A stretch of DNA of 64,000 bases from Macrostomum lignano. Lineage: Eukaryota. Position numbers and translations under genes: made by a program. The stretch is from assembly GCA_002269645.1 (NCBI GenBank), contig NIVC01001842.1, positions 167,135 to 231,134 of the forward strand, written 5' to 3'. Below, piece by piece: positions 41,401 to 52,900 of the stretch. A model generated the notes under the pieces. That model saw only the letters and a program-made list of their open reading frames with translations, ran no database searches and was not told where the DNA came from. Positions within the stretch are counted from its first letter, which is position 1; every line of letters begins with the position of its first letter.

Positions 41401-44400
41401 GCCGTTATTGTTGCTCCAACATCGTCTGGAAAAACATTCTGCTCTTACTACTGCATGAAAAAGGTTCTGGAGATGAGCGACGAGGCTGTCGCTGTTTACG
41501 TAGCGCCAACCAAAGCTTTAGTGAATCAGGTTCAGGCTTCCATTAGTGCCAGGTTTTCTAAGCCAAACCTGACTCCCGGCATGGAGCTATGCGGAGTATT
41601 CACTCGAGACTATAATCACAAAGCCACTAGCTGTCAGATTTTGGTGACAGTGCCGCAGTGCCTTGAACTGCTGTTGCTGAGTCCCAGGCGTCAAGGCTGG
41701 GCTAGCCGTATTCGCTATGTGATCTTTGACGAAGTTCACTGCATTGGCACCGGGATCGGGGCGTTGTCTGGGAATATCTGCTCTGCCTAATCCGGTGTCC
41801 GTTTCTTGCCCTGTCGGCAACTATCTCTAACAAAGACTATTTTCACGACTGGCTGCAGACCATCAAGCAGTTTGTGCAGGTTCAAGACTCGACTCTTCTG
41901 AAGCAATCTCAGCCGATGCAGCCTAAGAAGCAACAGCGACAGAAAGGTGCCGCTCCTGCTGCTGTAGAAGGTTACAAAGTGAATCTGGTATCCTACTCTG
42001 AGCGCTATTCAGACATTCGCACTTCCGTTTATCTGCCTAAGAGTGAATTTATTGCTGAAGTTAATCCGTGCGCTTTTCTTAGCGACAAACTATTGCGAAT
42101 CAACGGATTCCCAAGGAATTTAAAGCTGTCACCGAAGGAATCTACCGAGGTTTGGTCAGCCGCTTTGCAGTGCTTCACGGACGATCCAGCTGCAGCTAAG
42201 GCTCTGCAGAAATTTAAACCGCAATCGTTTTTTGGCACCGAGCCAATTACTAGGTAATAATTAATGAGCAATCATTTTTTAATGTCTTTAGCCTACCAGT
42301 TAAAGCAGGGATCAGCAAAACCCGGCCCGCCAAGCCTTTCTATCCGGCCCGCTCAAGGTTTGCGTCTCTGAGCTTTCTTCTCCCTTCTCTCCCTTCTCTT
42401 CTCCCTTCTCTCCCTTCTCTTCTCCCTTCTCTCCCTTCTCTTCCTTCTCCCTTCTCTCCCTTCTCCCTTCTCTCCCCTCTATCATCTCCCTTTTCTCTCC
42501 TCTCTCTCATCTCTCTTCTCTTTATTCTCTTCTCTCATTTCTCTCTCCCTTCTTTTCTCTCTACCCTCTCTTCTCTCCTCTTCCCTCTCTCCTCTCTGCT
42601 CTCCCTTCTCTCCCTTCTATCCTCTCTCCTGTCTACTCCTCTATTTCCTCTTCTATTTCTCTTCCTCTGCCTCACAGTCATGCGCCGGATTCTTCATCTG
42701 GCCCTTGAGGTAAAAAGTTTGCCAACCCCTGAGTAAGACTCTGAAAAGACAAAAGCATACTTGAGCAACACGAGGCGATTGGATATTTTCCGTGACAATA
42801 GCCAAAATAGCGATTTAAACTGTCAACTTAAATCTCAAAAGAAAAAAAAGAACTTATATTTTTAAGGTGCTTCCGATATTTTATAATGACCTCGTGTTGC
42901 ACCTGTAAGGTTTTGGCCCTAAAATTGTGAAACATTTCCCACCCACCGCTTCAATTTAAAAAAAACGCAGAACGCAATTTCGGGAACTGGAAGTTGGCCT
43001 GAAATCGACTGTGTCTGAGCTGCTTCGCCAGAGTCCACATGCCAAGTCTACCCAGCTGCTAACTACAATTCAGTCAATTGAGGAGCAGCAGAATGTGACT
43101 CAACAGTTTGAGTTCCTATCCGACGTTGATCTTATTGAAAAATTTCCCGATCTAATCGATCGGCTGCGTTCCGAGGGTCGCTTGCCAGCTTTGGTGTTTA
43201 TGAACGATCGTAAAGGCATTGAAAACCTTGCCGCGTCGCTTGTCGATCGAGCCAATGATCGGATTAAGCAAGCCGTTAATCCTAATCTGCTAGAGCGCAT
43301 GGAGAAAGCTCGCGAAGCGATGGCCATCGCCGCCAAGCGCAATCGCGACAAAGAGGATTCGGACGATGAGAATCCAGCCGAGATCGAATTGGAGTCCTAC
43401 TACAGAGATCGGCTGGAACTGCGCAGCAAAATTCAGGCCTGCGCTTATTTTAAACCGCAGGCTGTGCAAGAATCTTTTCTCAACAAAGTGCTGGAGAAGC
43501 TGCTTGATGAAGATGTGAAGCATATGCTGGAATTGGGCGTCTGCTATCATCATGCCGGTTGTTCTTCGAAGCACCGACAAGCTGTTGAGATGCTGTTCCG
43601 TAGCGGTCATTTGCAGGTTAGTTTGGGTTGTTTGCTTCTGTTGTTCAGCTTGGGCCATGGCTCTGAGTAGCTGCTTTGTTCCCCTCACCCCACCTTGTAA
43701 GCCGTTATGGAAATCAATCATTTTGCATCAGGTCGCTGAAATATAGTGCCTGCGGCGTTAAAGTGAGTGCTTGCGGCGCTTGCCTGCGGCGCTAAAATGA
43801 GTGCCTGCGGCGTTAAAGTGAGTGCTTGCGGCGCTTGCCTGCGGCGCTAAAATGAGTGCCTGCGGCGTTAAAGTGAGTGCTTGCGGCGCTTGCCTGCGGC
43901 GCTAAAATGAGTGCCTGCGGCGTTAAAGTGAGTGCTTGCGGCGCTTGCCTGCGGCGCTAAAATGAGTGCCTGCGGCGTTAAAGTGAGTGCTTGCGGCGCT
44001 TGCCTGCGGCGCTAAAATGAGTGCCTGCGGCGTTAAAGTGAGTGCTTGCGGCGCTTGCCTGCGGCGCTAAAATGAGTGCCTGCGGCGTTAAAGTGAGTGC
44101 TTGCGGCGCTTGCCTGCGGCGCTAAAATGAGTGCCTGCGGCGTTAAAGTGAGTGCTTGCGGCGCTTGCCTGCGGCGCTAAAATGAGTGCCTGCGGCGTTA
44201 AAGTGAGTGCTTGCGGCGCTTGCCTGCGGCGCTAAAATGAGTGCCTGCGGCGTTAAAGTGAGTGCTTGCGGCGCTTGCCTGCGGCGCTAAAATGAGTGCC
44301 TGCGGCGTTAAAGTGAGTGCTTGCGGCGCTTGCCTGCGGCGCTAAAATGAGTGCCTGCGGCGTTAAAGTGAGTGCTTGCGGCGCTTGCCTGCGGCGCTAA

Positions 44401-47400
44401 AATGAGTGCCTGCGGCGTTAAAGTGAGTGCTTGCGGCGCTTGCCTGCGGCGCTAAAATGAGTGCCTGCGGCGTTAAAGTGAGTGCTTGCGGCGCTTGCCT
44501 GCGGCGCTAAAATGAGTGCCTGCGGCGTTAAAGTGAGTGCTTGCGGCGCTTGCCTGCGGCGCTAAAATGAGTGCCTGCGGCGCTAAAATGAGTGCATGCG
44601 GCGATAATGTGAGTGCCTGCGGCGTTAAAGTGAGTGCTTGCGGCGCTAAAGTGAGTGCTTGCGGCGTTAAAGTGAGTGCTTGCGGCGCTAAAGTGAGTGC
44701 TTGCGGCGCTAAAGTGAGTGCTTGCGGTGCTAAAATGAGTGCCTGCGGCGCTAAAATGAGTGCCTGCGGCGTTAAAATGAGTGCCTGCGGCGTTAAAATG
44801 AGTGCCTGCGGCGTTAAAATGAGTGCCTGCGGCGCTAAAATGAGTGCCTGCGGCGCTAAAATGAGTGCCTGCGGCGCTAAAATGAGTGCCTGCGGCGCCA
44901 ATATGAGTGTCTTTGGCGCCAAAATGAGCGCCTGTCTGCGGCGCCAAAACGAGTGCCTGTGATAGTAAAATGAGTGCCTGCGGTGCAAAAATGTGCGCCT
45001 GTGGCGCGAAAATGAGCGCTAACAATACCGATTCCCAAAATAATTTGCATGTAGGAATTTAGTCATGTACATGTAGAATTCTTGGCTTTATCCCCTCTTC
45101 CCACTATAAAATCCCATAGTGTTTTACTTTGGAATCTCTCTCGCGCCCCGTGCAGGTGGTCACAGCAACTGCCACCCTGGCTCTGGGCGTTCACATGCCC
45201 TGCAAAACTGTCGTATTCGCTGGCGATGACAAGTTTCTGGACGCGCTCAACTATCACCAGATGGCCGGTCGGTCCGGCCGGCGTGGCTTCGACAACATCG
45301 GCAACATTGTGTTCTACGGCGTGCCCGCCTCTAAGATTGCTCACCTGATCCAAGCCGACCTGCCCGAACTCAAGGGCGGCTTTCCGCTCACCTGCGCTTT
45401 CGTTCTCAGACTGTTGCTTCTGACTGGGAATGCCACTGATCCGGAGGTGGCCCACGCTAAAGCTGCTACGGTTTTGGAGCACCCGTTTGCTGCGCACCAG
45501 AAGCCGGATATGATGCAGCAATTGCGATTGTTCTTCCTGTTCAGTGCGGAGTTTCTGCACAGGCAGGATCTTATTAATGAGTTGGGCGCTCCTCTGGTGA
45601 GTCTCATTGAGTAACAATTTGGCACCGTGTGTTTTTCCCAAGCTGGATGCCATTTAGTCTAAGAGTCCTTTCACAGTCGTTGCAGGTAACACAGGTAAAA
45701 TAGTGAAAGAAGTGACTCTCTAGACGACTATAAAACGACGAGAGTCAATTTGAGGCGTTTTATTACCCGCGACTTTGAAACTAACAACTGTGTACATTTA
45801 GTCTACTTGTGTTAGTAGAAAGTTAAGCTTTAACAACGACTTTTTTGCGACTCCTTGTTTTACGATTCTCTGCAACTCACGTGACTCGCTCTCTGTCATT
45901 CTTCAGGACCTGGCCGGCTTAGTATGCCACATGGGCTACCAGCAGCCTGGCAACTTCGTGCTCACCTATCTGCTTCGATCTCCCGCTCTGCGCCAGCTGT
46001 GCGAGCCGGCTAGCAAACAGCTGCCGCCAATTCACTACGGATTCTATTGCGAGGGCTGTCAGACTGGCGAACCGATAGTTGGTCAGCGATTCAAGTGCAC
46101 CAAGTGCTGGTCTGACTACAGCCTGTGCTCCAACTGCTACTCCGGCCGACCCAATCACAGCCGGGGCCGGCAGCAGCACACGGCCGCCGATTTTGAGCGT
46201 CAATTGCCGCCGTTGCGAGTGCAATTCTCCGATGAGACGTTGAGAAAATTGGTTCGAATCCTGTGCCACCTGTTCACTAAGATGGAGCTGGCCCGGTCTC
46301 TGGTTAAAAGGACGGCTGATGGAGCTCTGCATTATTTAAGGTAATAAAATACCTGCCGTTTTTCCGCTAGAATCATTGATGCCGATTGGTAAACCTCTGA
46401 CAAAATACGTTTATCTTTGCTGATATGCTTTTACCCTACTAGTAGTAGTTCATGCTTGGAAAATGTTTGTGACAGGGATAGACAGAGTTTCTCTACAAAT
46501 ATAGAGCAGCTAAGACACAGAGTGTACATTCCTCAGGGGTATGGTTTTGTCTCGCATAGAAACGCCTAACCGCAGTACCCCTGTGACACTTGTCTCTGCC
46601 TGGCTGAAATCTTGTAATGAGTTAGTAGGCTGGGTTGGAGGGTAATAGTGGATCAGGAAGGGCTGTGGGTAGCTGTATAGGAAGGCAGGCCTATACCTGT
46701 TCCAGTTGATGCTCTGACGGTCTCCCTCGGAGTGCCCTCTGAGCGAACAGCCAGCGACCCTTTTAAAGCTGGATCAGCATTGGTCAAATGACTAACTAAC
46801 TTACTAACCCGGAGAAGGCACGGGCTTCCCTGATTGGTTCACTCAACCCTCTCTAGCCCCGGGGAGGTTTTGATTTGAGCTTGGAGTAGGTGCGACGCCC
46901 CGACGGTAGAGGGTAGGGCCCGCCCTCAGCCCGACTGGTGTCGCCTGCTCGGCTTGATGGCCACAGTTTCTCTTAGCCTAGCTTAGAAACCTAGTGTACA
47001 TTAGTACACTCCCAACTTGGATCCTAATTCATTCCTAGTGGCGTAAAAGCCTGTTCAGTGGCTGAGGCGCCTTATTACTAATTTTAGTTAGTTAGTGTAC
47101 ATTCCTCAGGGCCGCCAGGGTCGCAGTGCGTGCCTGCGTACATTGTAATCTCTCCCTCTCTGATTTCCAGGCCAACCGAGAACTCCAAGGTGCTTCTGAA
47201 GCCGCTGCCAACCGACATCGGATCGGCAGTCCATGACTACAACGCTGCCACAGCTGTGACTTACACCAATTACCTGCGCTGCATTGCCAAGTCTGGCCTG
47301 TTGAAATTCTCCACCGCTCTGCCGTTCAGCCGGTCCGCTCCCGTTGTGCCTAGCAGCAATAGCCAACTCCAAGTGTCAGCGGTGGCCCCCCTGGCCCGGC

Positions 47401-47798
47401 TGTCCTGGGGTCCCACTACTCCGGACTCGAACAAAGCACTCGATCGCGTGCTATTGAACGGCGGTAACAACAGCTCGGAACAGTTGCGTCGCCTGCTGCC
47501 ATTGGAGATCGTCACCGATGCGAATTTGATTCCGCTGCTGCCTACCAAGCGACTGTTAAACGCCTACGCTTTGGACTTTTTCACTCACTGCAGTCTGGCT
47601 TCGATTGTTCGCGACAATGGTATTCGTGTTGGCGATTTGTTCGACTTGCTCAAAGACTTCTTGCTGGCCTGCAGGGCTGTGTCCACTTTGCTGGCTCAGC
47701 TGGCCGCTGATCCCGACGATCCGGTGGTGTGCGCCTTCAAACAGGTGTCATTCGAGTACAAGGAGCGTTTTCAAAAAGCCTTCCCTGGCGCGCGTTGA
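37848..47798 (+). CDS. DDX60: DDX60-like Ski2-family DExD/H RNA helicase with inserted ZZ zinc finger (~1749 aa if the frameshift at 41758-41761 is corrected)
   Basis: Exons 37848-38496, 38834-39254, 40224-42253, 42971-43616, 45156-45596, 45907-46340, 47171-47798; phases 1,2,2,0,0,2 consistent. [17 protein letters not shown]-terminus, [45 protein letters not shown]. Confidence 0.9.
38834..39254 (+). CDS. DDX60: DDX60-like exon 2
   Basis: ttctgttcag|AA CCA GGC...; ends GCT AA|gtaagt. Confidence 0.85.
39325..39560 (+). mobile_element. SINE fragment with V-domain-like core (DDX60 intron 2)
   Basis: ggcacccattttacagctgggtgaactgaagcaatgcagagttaagtgtcttgctcaatcaaggacacaa (39448-39517) resembles the V-SINE core from memory. 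Confidence 0.5.
40224..42253 (+). CDS. DDX60: DDX60-like exon 3 (RecA1 domain; contains -1 frameshift at 41758-41761)
   Basis: tttctttcag|A TAC GAA; motifs Q, I, Ia, II, then III in the -1 frame; ACT AG|gtaata. Confidence 0.88.
42306..42731 (+). mobile_element. hAT-type MITE (DDX60 intron 3)
   Basis: TIRs CAGGGATCAGCAAA / TTTGCCAACCCCTG; subterminal CGGCCCGC; TC-rich filler; 8-bp flanks only 5/8 identical. Confidence 0.7.
42971..43616 (+). CDS. DDX60: DDX60-like exon 4 (RecA2, motif IV)
   Basis: aacgcag|A ACG CAA; [12 protein letters not shown]; GVCYHHAG; GHLQ|gttagt. Confidence 0.9.
43745..45015. repeat. 21-bp minisatellite with 55-bp higher-order block (DDX60 intron 4)
   Basis: tgcctgcggcgctaaaatga recurs at 43781+55n up to 44551, followed by diverged 21-mers. 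Confidence 0.96.
45156..45596 (+). CDS. DDX60: DDX60-like exon 5 (motifs V-VI)
   Basis: [21 protein letters not shown]...[10 protein letters not shown]. Confidence 0.93.
45907..46340 (+). CDS. DDX60: DDX60-like exon 6 containing ZZ-type zinc finger
   Basis: [17 protein letters not shown]...CEGC...CTKC...CSNC...H(x6)H...LVRILCHLF. Confidence 0.9.
46521..47111. mobile_element. 555-bp insertion bounded by an exact 18-bp direct repeat (DDX60 intron 6)
   Basis: AGTGTACATTCCTCAGGG at 46521-46538 and 47094-47111; (TTAG)n next to the right repeat; class unknown. Confidence 0.7.
47171..47798 (+). CDS. DDX60: DDX60-like last exon
   Basis: tgatttccag|G CCA ACC; [10 protein letters not shown]; [16 protein letters not shown]; TGA at 47796-47798. 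Confidence 0.9.
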
Positions 47799-47944
47799 AT
47801 ATTGAGTCAATTTAAGATTTTGAGCAATCTAATTGTCTCCCGTTAACAATAGCATATTTATAATTTTGACTCTACTATGCCCTAGACTAGACTTTTTCAA
47901 GTCAGTTTAGATTTTCAACGTATTACAATTTTTTATTCTCGAGA

Positions 47945-48640
47945 TGTTTCTTAGAATCTCTCCCAAGCCGTTTCCTAGAATCGTAACCAAGCCGTTTCTT
48001 AGAATCGTACCAAGAGGTTTCTTAGAATCATCAATAACCCTTGTTTTAGAATCTTTCACAGGCCGGCTCTTAGAATCGTTTCCAAGTGAGTTCTTAAAAT
48101 ATTTACCGATTTTTTTCTTAGAATCGTACCAAGAGTTTCTTAGAATCGTACCAAAAGTTTCTTAGAAACGTCCCAAGAGGTTTCTTAGAATCGTTCCAAG
48201 AGTTTCTTCGAATCGTACCAAGAATTTCTTAGAATCGTACCAAGAGTTTCTTAGAATCGTACCAAGAGTTTCTTAGAATCGTACCAAGAGGTTTCTTAGA
48301 ATGGTTTCCAAGTCCTTTATTAAAATATTTACCAATTTTTTTCTTAAAACCGTTACCAAGTTTTAAATATAATCGTTTCCCAACTCTTATTTTGAATCTT
48401 TCCGAGTCCAAATTTTAGAATCACCCACCAGTCTGTTCTTGGAATCGTAATCGGATTGTTTCTTAGAATTTTCTCTCAGCTTCTTTCTTAGAATTATCAA
48501 TATGTCTCTTCGTAGAATTGTTCTCAACCTTTCTCAGAATCTTTCTTAGAAAGTTTGCCAAATTGTTTCTTAGAATCCTTACAAATTTTTTGCAATTGTT
48601 TCACAACCCTGACTTGGAATCGTTATCAAGTCGTTTCTTA
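47945..48640. repeat. ~22-bp degenerate minisatellite 3' of DDX60
   Basis: gtttcttagaatcgtaccaaga. Confidence 0.85.
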
Positions 48641-49920
48641 GAATTGTTTTCAAGCCCCTTCTTACGTTGGCCGTTTCTGCTTTCACTCAGCAATTTCCAA
48701 TGAGTTGGTTTCTCTCCAGTTATTTCTCCCCTTATCCCATTGACGTCCGTGAATGATTTTGTTTTGTTCAGTCTGGATCAGTTGCTACAATTTTGTCAAT
48801 TTGTTTATCAACATTTTTGTAAGCCCCGGTTTTTTTCAAATTTTTATTAAGCAAAAATCTTTTTTTGAAGTAAAAAGTATTCTATGTACTTTTTTGGATC
48901 CAATGTCGTCTTTTTGCTTTCAGTTTGACAATAACAAAATAATATTTTTTCATTTTTAAAACTCTTTATTCGATTTTTCTCCGCTTTTTTATCAACAAAG
49001 TGGAAAGCAATTTATTAATAATATTGTATTTTTTCAATTTAATATATATTTTTTCTTTTGCTTTTTCGCCAATTTAATGAGTGGCTTATACGCTTGGTTG
49101 GTTCTCTCTTTATACAGGCAATAAAATTGATTAACTTGCTGCGTATTAGTGTCGAAATCTTTGCTCTGTGTGTGTGTTTCTTAGAATTTGTCAAATTTGT
49201 AAGCCTCCATGCTTCTATTTGAAGTTGACACAGTTAGTCATCTTTTTGTGTGTCCCAGTTGTTCGGATTTCAGAAGAAAAAAATACACTAAAAAGTTGTC
49301 AGCGTCTACTATGGTGTGGCTTTCAAAAACTAAGCGCCGTCGTTAGCTTGGAACTGCACAGCGCCGTCACGTGCTGCTAGCGCTGTTGACCCCCCCAAAA
49401 AAAACAAAGGAGACTGCTGTTTTGATAGACTTTCTTTATTCATTTTTTTCATGAAGCCGCTGGTTGATGAATGACCTGCGTGTTACTACTTTATTAAGTC
49501 TAGTAGTATAATTTGCATCTAAAAAGCATTTTTGTTAAAAATCTGTAAAAAAACATACAATGCACTCATAGATAGCTGTCTCTAATCTCTAATTATAGAT
49601 CCCGCTTATCCAGGTATTAATCCCTAATTATAGATCCCATACTTATCTAGGTGAAACCTGACAAAAAGCACAGTTTGAAAATTTAATTTAATAAAACTGG
49701 GATTTCGCAAATATTTACTCTTTTGCAGAAGCCTTTTAAATGGAGGCTTCGCAATTGACGAAACCTGCAGTGTATTAGTTATTTACTTTAATGCAATCGC
49801 TTTGCTTTCAAACAAAGTGCTTATTGAATTTTCAAATATTGATACTACGAACTAACTCGCGAAATCTAAAAATCTATTAAATCGAAAGTCTAATTTGCCA
49901 TCACTGAAAAAGTATATTTC

Positions 49921-52900
49921 AACTGTGCAGTGTCTGTACAGTGTTTAACTGCAGGTGTCTGTAGAGTGCTTAACTACAGGTGTCTGTAGAGTGCTTAACT
50001 GCAGGTGTCTGTAGAGTGCTTAACTGCAGGTGTCTGTAGAGTGTTTAACTACAGGTGTCTGTAGAGTGCTTAACTGCCTGTCAGAGTGCTTATCTACAAA
50101 GAGTCCGTAGAGTGCTTAACTGCAGGTGTCTGTAGAGTGCTTAACTGCAGGTGTCTGTAGAGTTTAACTGCAGGTGTCTGTAGAGTGCTTAACTGCAGGT
50201 GTCTGTAGAGTTTAACTGCAGGTGTCTGTAGAGTGCTTAACTGCAGGTGTCTGTAGAGTGCTTAACTGCAAGTGTCTGTAGAGTGCTTAACTACAGGTGT
50301 CTGTAGAGTGCTTAACTGCCTGTCAGAGTGCTTATCTACAAAGAGTCCGTAGAGTGCTTAACTGCAGGTGTCTGTAGAGTGTTTAACTGCAGGTGTCTGT
50401 AGAGTGCTTAACTGCAGGTGTCTGTAGAGTGCTTAACTGCAGGTGTCTGTAGAGTTAAACTGCAGGTGTCTGTAGAGTGCTTAACTGCATGTGTCTGTAG
50501 AGTGCTTAACTGCAAGTGTCTGTAGAGTGTTTAACTGCAAGTGTCTGTAGAGTGTTTAACTGCAGGTGTCTGTAGAGTGCTTAACTGCAGGTGTCTGTAG
50601 AGTGCTTAACTGCAGGTGTCTGTAGAGTGCTCAACTGCAGGTGTCTGTAGAGTGTTTAACTGCAGGTGTCTGTAGAGTGCTTAACTGCAGGTGTCTGTAG
50701 AGTGCTCAACTGCAGGTGTCTGTAGAGTGCTCAACTGCAGGTGTCTGTAGAGTGCTTAACTGCAGGTGTCTGTAGAGTGCTCAACTGCAGGTGTCTGTAG
50801 AGTGTTTAACTGCAGGTGTCTGTAGAGTGCTTAACTACAGGTGTCTGTAGAGTGCTTAACTGCAGGTGTCTGTAGAGTGTTTAACTGCAGGTGTCTGTAG
50901 AGTGCTTAACTACAGGTGTCTGTAGAGTGCTTAACTGCAGGTGTCTGTAGAGTGTTTAACTGCAGGTGTCTGTAGAGTGCTTAACTACAGGTGTCTGTAG
51001 AGTGCTTAACTGCCTGTCAGAGTGCTTATCTACAAAGAGTCCGTAGAGTGCTTAACTGCAGGTGTCTGTAGAGTGCTTAACTGCAGGTGTCTGTAGAGTG
51101 TTTAACTGCAGGTGTCCGTAGAGTGCTTAACTGCAGGTGTCTGTAGAGTGTTTAACTGCAGGTGTCTGTAGAGTGCTTAACTGCAGGTGTCTGTAGAGTG
51201 CTTAACTGCAGGTGTCTGTAGAGTTTAACTGCAGGTGTCTGTAGAGTGCTTAACTGCAGGTGTCTGTAGAGTGCTTAACTGCAAGTGTCTGTAGAGTGCT
51301 TAACTGCAAGTGTCTGTAGAGTGTTTAACTGCAAGTGTCTGTAGAGTGTTTAACTGCCTGTCAGAGTGCTTATCTACAAAGAGTCCGTAGAGTGCCAGCT
51401 TTACTGCAGGTGTCTGTAGAGTGTTTAACTGCAGGTGTCTGTAGAGTGTTTAACTGCAGGTGTCTGTAGAGTGCTTAACTGCAGGTGTCTGTAGAGTGTT
51501 TAACTGCAGGTGTCTGTAGAGTGTTTAACTGCAGGTGTCTGTAGAGTGCTTAACTGCAGGTGTCTGTAGAGTGTTTAACTGCCTGTCAGAGTGCTTATCT
51601 ACAAAGAGTCCGTAGAGTGCCAGCTTAACTGCAGGTGTCTGTAGAGTGTTTAACTGCAGGTGTCTGTAGAGTGTTTAACTGCAAGTGTCTGTAGAGTGTT
51701 TAACTGCAGGTGTCTGTAGAGTGCTTAACTGCAGGTGTCTGTAGAGTGCTTAACTGCAGGTGTCTGTAGAGTGTTTAACTGCAGGTGTCTGTAGAGTGCT
51801 TAACTGCAGGTGTCTGTAGAGTGCTTAACTGCAGGTGTCTGTAGAGTTTAACTGCAGGTGTCTGTAGAGTGCTTAACTGCATGTGTCTGTAGAGTGCTTA
51901 ACTGCAAGTGTCTGTAGAGTGTTTAACTGCAAGTGTCTGTAGAGTGTTTAACTGCAGGTGTCTGTAGAGTGCTTAACTGCAGGTGTCTGTAGAGTGCTTA
52001 ACTGCAGGTGTCTGTAGAGTGCTCAACTGCAGGTGTCTGTAGAGTGTTTAACTGCAGGTGTCTGTAGAGTGCTTAACTGCAGGTGTCTGTAGAGTGCTTA
52101 ACTGCAGGTGTCTGTAGACTTTAACTGCAGGTGTCTGTAGAGTGCTTAACTGCAGGTGTCTGTAGAGTGCTTAACTGCAAGTGTCTGTAGAGTGTTTAAC
52201 TGCAGGTGTCTGTAGAGTGCTTAACTGCAGGTGTCTGTAGAGTGTTTAACTGCAGGTGTCCGTAGAGTGCTTAACTGCAGGTGTCTGTAGAGTGTTTAAC
52301 TGCCTGTCAGAGTGCTTATCTACAAAAAGTCCGTAGAGTGCTTAACTGCAGGTGACTGTAGAGTGTTTAACTGCAGGTGTCTGTAGAGTGCTTAACTGCA
52401 GGTGTCTGTAGAGTGTTTAACTACAGGTGTCTGTAGAGTGCTTAACTGCAGGTGTCTGTAGAGTGTTTAACTGCAGGTGTCTGTAGAGTGCTTAACTGCA
52501 GGTGTCTGTAGAGTGCTTAACTGCAGGTGTCTGTAGACTTTAACTGCAGGTGTCTGTAGAGTGCTTAACTGCAGGTGTCTGTAGAGTGCTTAACTGCAAG
52601 TGTCTGTAGAGTGCTTAACTGCAAGTGTCTGTAGAGTGTTTAACTGCAAGTGTCTGTAGAGTGTTTAACTGCCTGTCAGAGTGCTTATCTACAAAGAGTC
52701 CGTAGAGTGCCAGCTTTACTGCAGGTGTCTGTAGAGTGTTTAACTGCAGGTGTCTGTAGAGTGTTTAACTGCAGGTGTCTGTAGAGTGCTTAACTGCAGG
52801 TGTCTGTAGAGTGTTTAACTGCCTGTCAGAGTGCTTATCTACAAAGAGTCCGTAGAGTGCCAGCTTAACTGCAGGTGTCTGTAGAGTGTTTAACTGCAGG

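Noticed and set aside
44473-45025. Heptad-repeat ORFs (ALILAPQ, MSACGAK)
   Set aside because: 21-bp minisatellite in DDX60 intron 4; flanking exons join in phase without it.
46690-46770. HDV-like or hammerhead ribozyme in the 18-bp-repeat insert
   Set aside because: A CTC-CCTCG-GAG hairpin and a CTGAGGA motif exist, but I could not build the P1/P2 or stem II/III pairings.
38148-47548. Antisense ORFs across DDX60 exons (also over KCNQ1 and MEK exons)
   Set aside because: Typical shadow ORFs of GC-rich coding sequence.
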